A stretch of DNA of 62,945 nucleotides, the filler included, from Octopus bimaculoides (lineage: Eukaryota): the NCBI RefSeq assembly GCF_001194135.2. It is 4 parts of 4 records of this genome, joined end to end, with 100 filler letters (N's around TTAATTAATTAA, not from the genome) between each part and the next. Parts side by side here need not be neighbours in the genome. Positions count along the whole stretch, not along the records: positions 19,062 to 40,780 come from NC_068991.1; 3 more parts are not named here. One strand, given 5' to 3'. Positions 22,965 to 35,575 of this stretch are shown in pieces (within the stretch, counting starts at the first letter, position 1; each line of letters opens with the position of its first letter). The notes beneath the pieces were generated by a model. It saw only the letters and a program-made list of their open reading frames with translations, had not been told where the DNA came from and did no database searches. Both the position numbers and the translations under genes were made by a program.

Positions 22965-25900
22965 GTTGGTACTGAAAAGTTCAGTATCTCATACATACGT
23001 ACATAAATACATACATATAAACATACACACACACGCGCACATATTTAAGTGTGTGTACGTGCATGTATATATTTGCATGTATACATGTGCGTGTGCGCGG
23101 GTATGTGAATGTATAATGTAAAATCGATAGCTATTTATTATTCTTTAGCTAGTTCTGGTAAGTCAAACAAATATCTAACTTCTAAGGTAGTTCACTCCAA
23201 TTTGCAATATGTCTTGTTTCTCATTTGCAAAGAACTATTGTATTTCTTTGAAGCCGAACTGTTATTCCCTTCACGTCTAATAAATGTCTAGATTTAATGA
23301 AACCTGGATTAATGATTGTTAATAAATGACAATCTCTCATATTCTTCCGTATTTCTTTTCTTTGTTTCTTTGATGAAGTAGTTCTCTAGTCTGAAATTGC
23401 TTTCTTCTTTTCCAGCGTATTATTCCGCCTCAGTGCACGGCACGCTAATATCATCGATGTAATAGCAATGTACACCAAACGATGTATCATTCCGCCTGTC
23501 ATTGGAACTACACCATAAGGCGGAGACTTCGAGAGCGTAGTCGATTGTCAGGACGAGAAAGGAGAAAGAGAGGGAGAGAGAGGGGGTACTATTCCCTTCA
23601 AAACGTTTGGCCTTGTGTTTATGTTAGATTCATTAATAATCTAGAGGCTTATATCCCTTTGCGTATATCTCATCATAGAAGTTGACTTTGCCTTTCATAC
23701 TTCCAGTAAAGCCATGCATATATATATNNNNNNNNNNTATCAAAAGATTCAGTAATCTTTCGGCTACCAAATAAAGTATGTTTTTTTTGCACAGCTTTTT
23801 TTTACTACAAAAAATAACCTCGAAAACGAGGTTGGGTCGCACAATTTTGAGGCCATTTTCGGGCAATATTTGGATTTGCTTCTAATCTACGTTGTCAATT
23901 TTAATGCTCTTTTAATCATGTCGTTTAGCTGTTGTTTCTAGCATGTCGGAGGTGATATTTGCCACCTACCTTTTTTTCCCAAGATTTCTTCGGGTTCCAA
24001 TGTTTTCGATATAAGAGATTAGGAATTTGCCTCAAAATACACGTTTTCAAAAGTTTAATTTCCCTCCACTCCACCCCAATTTTTTAATTTTAAACTTTTT
24101 TCGAAATTTGTTTTTGTAAATTACGTAGGTTACAGAGATTACGAATCTTTAAGAATTAAAAAAAATTCTCTTATAGAAACACTCAAATTCTCTTCTCCAA
24201 CCTCCACCCATCACCTCCCCATCTTCAAAAAGTTAAAAACTTCGAATGTTATGTCTGCTATTTCAGTGGAATTCTACGCATGCGTAAAATATCAGAATGA
24301 GTCGTACAATGTTGAGTGGGGAAATGTTAGGATTTCCTTCTAATCTAAGCTACCATTGTACACATTTTTGGTGTGAAAAATTTCAGCATTGTTCATCAGA
24401 AAATGACCAAATAATATGTTAATCAAGAAGAGTGGTTGCTTGATACTCCTCATGTGCCGATTCTGCCCATAAGAAAGGAAACAATAGCATAATGTGACTC
24501 TAGGTCATAATAGCCGGGTTACCGAGGTGCAATTAAAAAAAAGCCCGCTTTTTACATAGATATATAGAGATAAACAATATTCTATTTTCTTTGCCGGATA
24601 CACGGGGTGTTCATTTTGGTATGTTGAATCTTTTGTTTATTTTTATATATTTTGACCATACTATACTGATGATCGAAAGTTACATATTGTTGTTATAATC
24701 GTGAAATCGTTCGATATATAGTTAAGTCTGTTTTTGAGAAGCCAGTTTTTGAGAGTTGCATTTCCTCGCGTTCGGTAAAAATGTGTTTATTATGGTAGTT
24801 TTAGCGTGAGGCATTCTTCTATAGTAATGCCCTTATATAAATATAAATAAATATATTCTAGTGGAATAAATGATGGATTTTTTCCCTTATGAGTTTTTTC
24901 ACGCTAACTACTTGATAAAATTCATATAAAAGATTTTATCCTATTATTGNNNNNNNNNNNNNNNNNNNNNNNNNNNNNNNNNNNNNNNNNNNNNNNNNNN
25001 NNNNNNNNNNNNNNNNNNNNNNNNNNNNNNNNNNNNNNNNNNNNNNNNNNNNNNNNNNNNNNNNNNNNNNNNNNNNNNNNNNNNNNNNNNNNNNNNNNNN
25101 NNNNNNNNNNNNNNNNNNNNNNNNNNNNNNNNNNNNNNNNNNNNNNNNNNNNNNNNNNNNNNNNNNNNNNNNNNNNNNNNNNNNNNNNNNNNNNNNNNNN
25201 NNNNNNNNNNNNNNNNNNNNNNNNNNNNNNNNNNNNNNNNNNNNNNNNNNNNNNNNNNNNNNNNNNNNNNNNNNNNNNNNNNNNNNNNNNNNNNNNNNNN
25301 NNNNNNNNNNNNNNNNNNNNNNNNNNNNNNNNNNNNNNNNNNNNNNNNNNNNNNNNNNNNNNNNNNNNNNNNNNNNNNNNNNNNNNNNNNNNNNNNNNNN
25401 NNNNNNNNNNNNNNNNNNNNNNNNNNNNNNNNNNNNNNNNNNNNATATATAAATCAAAAATAAAAACAAGACACACACATATACATATACATACACATGT
25501 TTGTACACATACATGCAAGCAAACATATATGCACGCACACATGCATACATATATATGTACATACACGTATACATACATTGAATGTTAACTAAGATATAGA
25601 ACTCAAATATGAATAAAATTTTCGGTTGACAGAAATGACTATTGATTGTAATAGCTGACTTACTGTAACGATATAATATTCTTTTTTAAAATATTGGACT
25701 AATTTTTTTTGTTATTATGGTGTGATCCAAACCAGACAAATAACTCAAGCTTAAATTTAATTCTGTATATGTTGAATTTTATTTATATGATAAATTGAAT
25801 CTTATTTAATTTGCTTGAGTCTTGAATGCTGTAGTAGACATTATAATTTGAAAAAAATACTGCATTAAATTCAAGCTCCAGTGATTTGCCTGGTCTGGAT

Positions 25901-26023
25901 CCCACCATATTAACAAAATATATAAGTTTTATATTAAAATCTTTATTATGAAGTTGAAGTCAGCTGTTATATATAACACTGGGGGCGCAATTTTGAACAT
26001 ATTTTCTGCTGAGTTTGCTTTTT

Positions 26024-27048
26024 CACTTGATTTAAACTAAAATTGTTATGCTGATTTCAAAACTACAGTCAGTTTGCTTCTATCACGTAAGGTTTTCTTT
26101 ATGTTTAAGTATTTGAAGCAGTGGCTGTCTCAGTGTTTCAACACATGTTTTACATACTATATAGGGTGCCCAAACTTCCCAGTTTCATGCTAAGTAAGTA
26201 AGGCAAACTTTCTTCACAAAATACAGGATTTTGTTTCGGCAACATCCACAAATATAGTAGAAGACATCGGAGCTGTTTTTGCATTTTCTTCTCTCACAAC
26301 TAGCCATATTGTTGAAATACAAAACATTCAAGTCAGTTGTCACTTGGGAAAAGCATTTTGAGAATTGCCAACAGTTATAAAGTAAGCAAATGCAGATTTG
26401 TGACGGCAAAGTCCCATAAAGAGATTACATATCATGAAGTTCTTTCTATAGCTCTTTGACCATACTTGACAAAAATGAAACCTTGACCCATGTAGACTCA
26501 CAATTGAAGCATTCAAGGTGCATTCAAAATAGCAATTATCGTAAGAAATAGTTCAACAAAGCATGTCTCACCTGGTTTGCAATGATAGTGACACTAAATC
26601 AAACACAGCGTGGGCATTTCTACAGACGTATTTTACAAATACGAGACACGTATGATGCCAAGGACCGCAAAAATGTGTTATTTATTAACATCTAACTGTA
26701 TAAAAGACATTTCCGTCATCATCATGACATTAAAACTGGTTTGATTGAAAATAATGAAAATTGCTCAAGTTTGATACGTTTTATTTACTGTAGACACTTA
26801 AATCACAACTTTTGTTTTCCCCTTTGTAGTTGCATTTACTTTAAATGATATGGAAAAACTATGTTTTCAAAGTTATGTCAAGCTCTATACATGGGTCTGC
26901 ATTTGATGAAGCCAAATCTATCCTTAGAAATAGTAACAATACCAGAAATGTTGAAAAATTGACATTAGAGTTTGTGAAAAATCTTGACGTGATAGAGCAA
27001 AATGGTTTCATTTTAAAAACCAACTCCCCAAAATTACTAGGAAGCATG
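26024..27048 (-). mobile_element. Internally deleted DNA transposon, probably CMC-Chapaev3 type
   Basis: CAC terminus at 26024. Inverted subterminal motif TTGCTTCTATCACGT (26074-26088) / ACGTGATAGAGCAA (26987-27000). Truncated transposase start MASCERRKCKNSSDVFYYICG at 26307-26185. The superfamily is assigned from memory. Confidence 0.5.
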
Positions 27049-27159
27049 TCTCCAACACCAGACAATAAAAACCAAGTTCCCCAGTGTAATCAATACTGAT
27101 TTCTGTAAAGCGAGAATTTTATTCATATTTGAGTAGCATATTTTAGTTAACATGAATTG

Positions 27160-27486
27160 TATGTATGTATGTATGTATGTATGTATGTATGTATGTATGT
27201 TATCAATCAGTTTCATTTCTGTATTTCTTGTCCATATAGAAAGAGCCGGACTCTAACATAGATTCAAGGCTCCTTCATTGGAACTTTTATCAACATCATC
27301 TAGGTATTTGTGCATATGTGTGTGTGTGCAATATTTGGTGTTAGTGTATGCGCAGATTTGTATGTTTGTTTTATGGATGCGTTTTTATGTCTAGATGCAT
27401 GCATATGTATTTATGTGCTAATTTTTTGGAAAGTTTTACATATCTTTACAGTTCCATTGATGGCTTGAATCTGTAGTCTTCTAATC
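27160..27486 (-). mobile_element. 3' end of an RLE-type retrotransposon terminating in (CATA)n
   Basis: IRRLQIQAINGTVKICKTFQKI matches the C-terminus of the 29830 element. The 3' UTR is similar and ends in (CATA)n at about 27160-27200. The 5' part lies in a gap. Confidence 0.75.
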
Positions 27487-28004
27487 NNNNNNNNNNNNNN
27501 NNNNNNNNNNNNNNNNNNNNNNNNNNNNNNNNNNNNNNNNNNNNNNNNNNNNNNNNNNNNNNNNNNNNNNNNNNNNNNNNNNNNNNNNNNNNNNNNNNNN
27601 NNNNNNNNNNNNNNNNNNNNNNNNNNNNNNNNNNNNNNNNNNNNNNNNNNNNNNNNNNNNNNNNNNNNNNNNNNNNNNNNNNNNNNNNNNNNNNNNNNNN
27701 NNNNNNNNNNNNNNNNNNNNNNNNNNNNNNNNNNNNNNNNNNNNNNNNNNNNNNNNNNNNNNNNNNNNNNNNNNNNNNNNNNNNNNNNNNNNNNNNNNNN
27801 NNNNNNNNNNNNNNNNNNNNNNNNNNNNNNNNNNNNNNNNNNNNNNNNNNNNNNNNNNNNNNNNNNNNNNNNNNNNNNNNNNNNNNNNNNNNNNNNNNNN
27901 NNNNNNNNNNNNNNNNNNNNNNNNNNNNNNNNNNNNNNNNNNNNNNNNNATCTGCGTATATATACATACACGTATGTATATATGTATGTATATGTATATG
28001 TATG

Positions 28005-28035
<31 letters not shown>

Positions 28036-28149
28036 ATATATATATCCACATATATATCTATAAATACATACATAATTATGCATATATATGTATAAATAAA
28101 TATATATGCATATATATTCATACATACATTCATACTTACATGCATACAT

Positions 28150-28223
<74 letters not shown>

Positions 28224-28384
28224 CCCCAAATATTTTATTTACAACGCAAACATCATTAAGATCTATTACAAATAGAAAATGTTTGGCTGTATTTCAACTT
28301 ATTTCGTTCGAAGAACTCATTATTCTTTGACTTACACCGTTGTCCAAATGGAAGGCGAAGCTGTCGTATATCGGTTTCAAAGTT

Positions 28385-28570
28385 TGGCCAAGGGGTGGGG
28401 TTAATCAATTACGTCGACCTCAGTACACAACAGGTACTTATTTTATCAACCTCTAAAAGGCGAAAGCCAAAGTCGACCTCGGCAAAATTTGAACTCAGAG
28501 CATAAAGACATACGAAATGCCGCTAAGCATTTTGTCCGGTGTGCTAACGATTCTGTCAGCTCGCTGCCTT
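28385..28570 (-). mobile_element. SINE (Meta-domain-like family)
   Basis: GTCGACCTCGGCAAAATTTGAACTCAGA...GTGCTAACGATTCTGTCAGCTCGCTGCC. Confidence 0.85.
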
Positions 28571-28849
28571 CTCTGGCTCATATGTAGTCACTAGAACTTT
28601 GCTGTTTACCTGGCTTTGACAACTAGTTTTCGTTGTGTCAATCCACCGAGATGTAAATATTTACATCTGAAGGCTGTGACAACGGTGAGAAGTTTGCTTC
28701 TCAACTTCATGGTCTCGTTTCCAGTTGAAACTACTGCTTGAAACCTTTGGCAAGAATCTTCTACTTCAAACTCTCGAATTTCTTTACTTGAGGAATGTGC
28801 TTTCGTGAATTGAAACTAGCTTTATTTGCTGATTTGCAAGTCGTTTGTC

Positions 28850-29230
28850 CCCGAAAAAGTTGACTTTCCCAGCGCATCTGCTTAATTACAATCTCCGTCT
28901 TTCAAAGAGACGTATCATAAAAACGTATCCAGCGGTATTTATAACGAGATTCACACCTCATCTTATGATATCCCAATAAATTACACGGAACTTACAGCAA
29001 ATAATTTCAAAGATAGGCTTGCACAGCATATGCACTCTTTCTGATCCAGAATAAGGAAAAACTTCACCACCTTCTCTCATTTTATATGAACCAAAAAAAT
29101 TTCTTGCTTAGCAGAAACTAAAGCATTTTCGACAGGAACCTTGAAATTCTATTTTATTCCAACTCATGATGCAATCCTAAAATACTAAGGCATTAGCTGT
29201 TAATATAATCTCATGCGTTACTAAAAGTTT
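28850..29230 (+). mobile_element. Penelope-like element GIY-YIG endonuclease remnant
   Basis: ELTANNFKDRLAQHMHSF*SRIRKNFTTFSHFI resembles the Penelope GLT..FK.R...H..SF...T.LS..IW motif; degenerate. Confidence 0.5.
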
Positions 29231-29798
29231 CTAACGCTTCTGTAATTTCACAAGAATTTCTAACTAGAGTAAGGGAGGATGCTTCTGCTCATCGTATAGG
29301 ACTCGCCTTCAATCTAACAGTAGCTAGTAGCACAGATATACCACTGTGTGATACGTAATGGTTAATTAGAAAGGAGCTTTACTCACCGTCAACAATAGGC
29401 TTTATCCAGAAACTGATCGAGTCAAACTCTGAAGTAAACATTTGAAAGAGCAGGCGCATTTCTCATCAAGTAATGTACCTTCGATCATATTGATAACACA
29501 AATAACCAAATTCCTGGGCATTCTTCCTTTACTTGTAGCAACCCCCGACAATCTATATCTCATCAACGTTTCTAGACCTTCACAGTCTCCTCTGCTAGGC
29601 GAAATGATGTTGGGGAGTTTTGCTATCTCAGCAAAATAAAACCAATGTGATTGGTGTAAACATTACGACAGCAATTTGAAATTTTGACTGTTAACTCTTA
29701 GATTTATACATCATCAAACAGTTACTTTTTCTTTGTAGTTAATGTTTTTTGACTGTATCATCAATTTTGTATTCCATGTACATACATACATACATACA

Positions 29799-29829
<31 letters not shown>

Positions 29830-30255
29830 GTAAGCATAACAGACCTGATGCAATGATTTGGAATAGAGAAGAGAAACTGTGCACAGTTGTGGAAATTAGT
29901 TGCGCAGCGGATGTTAACATAAAGCCGAAGTTCAGTGAAAAAGAGAACACCTATGTTGAGCTATTGAGAAATCTGCAATTACACTATCCAAATTACAAGT
30001 TCAGGCTTATACCTGTAATTATTGGGGCCCTGGCATATGTAACACACTGCCTAAATATCAATGTTGAGAAATTAGGCTTCTTAAAACTAGAAAGGAGAAA
30101 GCTAATTCGAAAACTATAGATCCAATCCATCACTGGAACTGTAAAAATCTGCGAAACTTTCCAGAAGTTTATCATTTAAATATACATGAGCATGTCTAGA
30201 TATGCAACTATATATATGAGAATACATACATAAAACATACAAATCAGCACATACA
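29830..30255 (+). mobile_element. RLE-type non-LTR retrotransposon 3' fragment flanked by (CATA)n on both sides
   Basis: KHNRPDAMIWNREEKLCTVVEISCAAD...IPVIIGALA...IRKL*IQSITGTVKICETFQKF, a PD-(D/E)-type motif. (CATA)n lies at about 29778-29828 and 30250-30298. Confidence 0.85.
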
Positions 30256-30959
30256 TACATACATACATACATACATACATACATACATACATACATACAC
30301 AGACATATACATATGCTTGTGTGTGTATATATATGTATACAACAACAACAACAACAACTACTACTACTACTACTACTGCTACTGCTGCTGCTGCTGCTCT
30401 TGCAGCTCTTTCTGCTCTTGCTGTTGTTGGTGCCGCTGTCCCTTTCAGTTTAAATTCACCCACGATTCCTCAGAATAAAACTCAGTTTCCTGTAGTCGTA
30501 ATCTCCTTAATAGTTTCCAATGTAATCAACTCACAGGTGAATGATTAATAGTATTTGTCTGAGATAGTCGGCTCCGTTTGATCGCATTGTCTTCTTATAT
30601 TACATCACCTCCATCCCAAACAAAAAAAAAACGAAGATACTTTTATGCTTTACTAATAACTTGCAACTATGGAATTTTTTTCTTTTGCGGGTTAAATTTG
30701 TCGCATCCTGAATGAAGTTAGAAAATTATCTATATAAAGATAGATCTGAAAGGAAATTAACTGATTTCTTCACTTATAAATAAGGTAGTCATATCCAAAG
30801 ATTTTGTCTTGGCGATACAATAGTTCTAGTAATCGTTATACAAAAGTCGCGCACCACTCTGATCTCGAGAAATGCCATTTATATGAGATACAATAATCTT
30901 TTATTTTATTTAAGTAACGTTCATTATCACAAGATTATTAACCCATATTAAAAAAAAGG

Positions 30960-31365
30960 TTAGAGTTTCCCCTCACATTCATTAAATTTCTGAAAACGAA
31001 ACCAAAGAGAATTTTGTACATTATTCAAGGCTTTAGTGTCAATCTTTGCACATTGAATTTTTATGTTTTCTTTTAATTCTTTAACACTTCTCGAACAATT
31101 TGTATATCCAACAGACTTAAAATGCCTCCATAGGAAAAAGTCAAGGGTAGTTAGGTCTGGGGACCTTGGAGGCCAAGGTACAAGACCTCGTCTGCCAATC
31201 GATCGTTTGGCGAAATTAACATTTAAAAAATACTGACATGGTTCTAGAATAAAAATAATCATCATTTTATGAATGTTTATCACATTTACTTACAAAGTAT
31301 AGCAAATATGAAGATAGTATGAAAAAGTTTTATTTCGCTGGTGCAACATTTGCGTCACACTGTAT
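30960..31365 (-). mobile_element. Tc1/mariner transposase C-terminal remnant
   Basis: WPPRSPDLTTLDFFLW motif. A TA-CAGTG-like end occurs at about 31360-31366. Confidence 0.8.
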
Positions 31366-31969
31366 ATAAAACTTCAGACGTAATTCTTTGGTTGTTGCTT
31401 ATTATTAAATTTCAATAGCAAACGAATGTGACGTCACAATTGATTTCTTGAGCGAACATAAATAATATATATAGATTAAAAAATTGTATTCGATCGTTTT
31501 TTACATAATTTGCACATTGGACATTGGAAGAAAGGATATACTAAATAATCAAGTCTCAAAGGAAAAACAGAAACCAAAAAATTACTATATTCGTCTTGAC
31601 GATATCTATTATTCTGCTACTGCTCATGTTGTGTAATGTTGTAACTATGGGACGAGATGGAAAATATAATCTATTAGACAGATATATCATTTTAATGCAA
31701 TTGACTGGTAAACAATAGAACAAAATCCCAAACTGTCTCTTATAGACAATATATATAATATAGATATTATATAAATATAGATAATATAGACATAATGTCC
31801 ATATTATAAATCTATTGCATCATATTATTTGATTAAGAAACATTTTAAATCAAGTATGGCACATACATATGTCTATGTACACATATATTATATGTATTTC
31901 CACATATATTATATATATGTAAGCGCACACACACGTGTGTAAATGTATGTGTGAGTGTGTGCGATTGCC

Positions 31970-32110
31970 TTTATCCTTCTACACGTTTCAGTCATCGGAT
32001 GGTGGTCATGCTGGAGCAGTGCCTTCAGAGATTTAGTCGATTGCATCGATTCTGGTTATTATTTTCAAGTTTGGTATTTATGTTATCAATCTCTATTTGT
32101 TGATTCACTA
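31970..32110 (-). mobile_element. 3' half of second SINE family
   Basis: GTTTCAGTCAT...GGTCATGCTGGAGCAGTGCC as at 62250. Confidence 0.65.
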
Positions 32111-32439
32111 ATTTATCTGTCTGTCTGTCTGTCTGTTTGCTCGTCCGTCCGTCTGTCTGCCGTCTGTCTATGTATGTATGTATGTATGTATGTATGTATG
32201 TATGTATGTATGTATCTATCTATCTATCTATCTATCTGCCTTTCTGTCTATCTCTATCTCTCTATGTATGTATCTTTATATATGTGTATGTATATATATA
32301 AAGAGAAAACTTCTTTTGAATCTCTGAGCGAGAGATATGCCATAACAGTACCAAACAGTAAAGTTTATTTGCCAACATAATGTGGCAGCCCTATACAAGG
32401 ACGATGTTACTGTGTTTTAGTCCCAGGAAAACATATTTT

Positions 32440-32624
32440 CCAGTTGGCTACCGACACACGGTTTGTACCCATATAGTATATCCAAGGGAGGTCATCGCTG
32501 CCATCTCTAGCCTTATGTGATACTCAGACCAAGGTTCCTGAGTAGTTCCTCAGTGCGAGACAATCACCGACCAAAACCTTGTGAATGTATTTGACTGACA
32601 GAAACTGAAAGAAGCTCGTCGTAC

Positions 32625-32625
<1 letters not shown>
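32440..32625 (+). mobile_element. Degenerate 5' half of second SINE family
   Basis: CCGACCAAAACCTTGTGAATGTATTTG..GACAGAAACTGAAAGAAGCTCGTCGTA is the reverse complement of the 55385 copy. Confidence 0.65.
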
Positions 32626-32683
<58 letters not shown>

Positions 32684-34159
32684 NNNNNNNNNNNNNNNNN
32701 NNNNNNNNNNNNNNNNNNNNNNNNNNNNNNNNNNNNNNNNNNNNNNNNNNNNNNNNNNNNNNNNNNNNNNNNNNNNNNNNNNNNNNNNNNNNNNNNNNNN
32801 NNNNNNNNNNNNNNNNNNNNNNNNNNNNNNNNNNNNNNNNNNNNNNNNNNNNNNNNNNNNNNNNNNNNNNNNNNNNNNNNNNNNNNNNNNNNNNNNNNNN
32901 NNNNNNNNNNNNNNNNNNNNNNNNNNNNNNNNNNNNNNNNNNNNNNNNNNNNNNNNNNNNNNNNNNNNNNNNNNNNNNNNNNNNNNNNNNNNNNNNNNNN
33001 NNNNNNNNNNNNNNNNNNNNNNNNNNNNNNNNNNNNNNNNNNNNNNNNNNNNNNNNNNNNNNNNNNNNNNNNNNNNNNNNNNNNNNNNNNNNNNNNNNNN
33101 NNNNNNNNNNNNNNNNNNNNNNNNNNNNNNNNNNNNNNNNNNNNNNNNNNNNNNNNNNNNNNNNNNNNNNNNNNNNNNNNNNNNNNNNNNNNNNNNNNNN
33201 NNNNNNNNNNNNNNNNNNNNNNNNNNNNNNNNNNNNNNNNNNNNNNNNNNNNNNNNNNNNNNNNNNNNNNNNNNNNNNNNNNNNNNNNNNNNNNNNNNNN
33301 NNNNNNNNNNNNNNNNNNNNNNNNNNNNNNNNNNNNNNNNNNNNNNNNNNNNNNNNNNNNNNNNNNNNNNNNNNNNNNNNNNNNNNNNNNNNNNNNNNNN
33401 NNNNNNNNNNNNNNNCGACATAAAATTTATATTAATTAATTCTTTCATTACTAAGCTACAAGAGATTTAAATAAGAATTTAAAATAACCTTGTTGAATTA
33501 GATAAAAGACATGGCATGGCAACAGCAAATATCTCAAGAGAGTGAGTGTCGTGGAATCGAGTGACAACCAACGAATACAGATTAATTTCCCCCAAATCAG
33601 GGTTTTTATAACTGTTCATACCTGAATTCTAAGAACCGTATTTCGTGAAAGATTTCTCTTTGACGAAAGTTAGAATTCAAATATGGGCAGTAATTTTAAC
33701 CAATGGGAAACTAATAATTATACCTATTCGGCCAACATGACCATGACGTCATATCACCGCCGATAAATATTTATTATGATTACTACAAAACAAACAAACA
33801 CGACTGGAAACAATACCTTCGTCTTCGCTAAGGTGGCGTTAATAATATATAGATTTTAAGCGTAATTAATCTGTGACACAAAATTAATAAAATGTTCATT
33901 GGTTTAGGTTTAAAAACACTTTGTTAACTGAGTTATCTGAGTTTCAATTAATATTGGAGTTAAAATTAGTATAAAATTTATGACTTAAGGTCTAAAATTA
34001 CACTAAGCTATCTAAAATTATTCTTGAAGTTAAAATTAATAAAATATTTAGGAGTTCAGGTTTAAAATCACACCATGTTATCTATAATTGTTAATAAAAT
34101 AACTTTCAAGCAACGTTTATTTTAAGAACTATATCTAAAACCGTAAGGGCCCACCGCTT

Positions 34160-34304
34160 ATTAGATAGGGTGTTGCACTCACGATCGCGAGATCTTTGGT
34201 TCAGTTCCTGAACCAGGTGATGTGTTGTGTTCTTGAGCAAAACACTTCATTTCACGTTGCTCTGCGATCATTTCGACAACTGAGAGAGAGTGAGCTGATG
34301 TACA
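34160..34304 (+). mobile_element. tRNA-derived SINE (CORE-like centre) abutting the Gypsy remnant
   Basis: AGGGTGTTGCACTCACGATC..GGTTCAGTTCC...TGTTCTTGAGCAAAACACTTCATTTCAC. Confidence 0.65.
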
Positions 34305-35575
34305 ATAGAAACATAATTTTTTTCCTGAGACACTTCGCACAACCTTCGCGGTTTCCTTTAATCTAATTTTCCCAATTTTTCTCCATATATCTGCATTAAT
34401 TATCGTGATATCACTTCCCGTATCAAATTGTAACTTGATATTCACATTATTCATTTTTATCGACACAAATTTTCTTTTCTGAGCATCGCTTAGAATGTTT
34501 TTGTTTGACCCGTTTTTTTGTTTCGCTTTTGAGCTTTTATGCCCGATTTTCCACAATCAAAACATTTACGATTATTAAAAGGACAATTACTTTTAAAATG
34601 TAAACCTTCGCAACCATAGCATGGATTTGGCCTAGACGTTCGTTTTTCTTTTTTCTTATCCGTTTCAGGACGACACGCATGCATCTAAGAGCAATCTTTT
34701 TCTTCAATTTTATCCGCGTCATGCCTTAAATCTATAATCCTTTGGCATTCTTCAGCCACTGCCTATAGTGTTAATTTTTGGCCTTATTCTAATTTTGTTA
34801 ATATACGAGAACATATATCAGCATCTTTTCTTGTTGTTAACCCTTGAACAAAAATTAGACATTTGAACAAATCTGGGGTTAATTCATTTAATCTGAATTT
34901 TTCATACTCTCTATTAACGACTCCAGCATAGATGACGAGGCCCGCGTCATCTTTTTTAATTAAATTTTTAATATTGCCAACGAGTACTGAACAGGGAACT
35001 TCTTTCACTGAAAATTCTCGATAACAAATTAACTGTTTCATCGAAGCAAATCTCATCTGGTTTCTTCGGCAGAATTACTGTATTTTTTGTGTTCGGCAGG
35101 GGATAACTTACTTAAAAGTAATCACACCTTCTCGTCATTCCAATTTTTACATTCTTCTTTGAAGATTTCTTCGTATCTTCTAAAATATGAAGAAAAAGTA
35201 GTTCCTTCTTCTGGGTTACAAATAAATTCTCCGATTAAATTTGCTACGCTCTCTGACGAGAATGAACCTGAAGTATCTTCAGACTTCTTCAACATTACTT
35301 CCAGTAGCTGTTGGTATTGTTGTTGTTGCTGTTGTAGTTGTTTTAACTGCTGTTGTTGCTGTTGCAACTGCACCATGTGAGCCAACAAATGTTCCATGCC
35401 AAATATTTTTTTCTTTGGTTTCGTACCAAAAGAAAAATTTAAACGTCCCATGCAAGTTTCGAATATCTCGTGGCCACTTTTATATCCTACCACAGGTTGG
35501 TGTAGATAAATTATGCAGCGGAGGTTTAATCAATGTGTTCACACGACGTACTTCGCAAGACTACCAAAACGCTCT
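34305..35575 (-). mobile_element. Gypsy (Ty3) LTR retrotransposon remnant: partial LTR, PBS, gag, protease
   Basis: PBS-like TGGCCACGAG at 35476-35467. Gag FSSYFRRYEEIF, knuckles CYGCEGLHFKSNC and CFDCGK, and aspartic protease LQFDTGSDIT. Multiple frameshifts. Confidence 0.9.

Noticed and set aside
22654-23121. 155-aa ORF
   Set aside because: The second half is (TATC)n/(CA)n translation and the first half has no recognisable motif.
23745-24950. Possible non-autonomous DNA transposon remnants
   Set aside because: Composition is suggestive, but no TIR pair, TSD or coding motif could be established.
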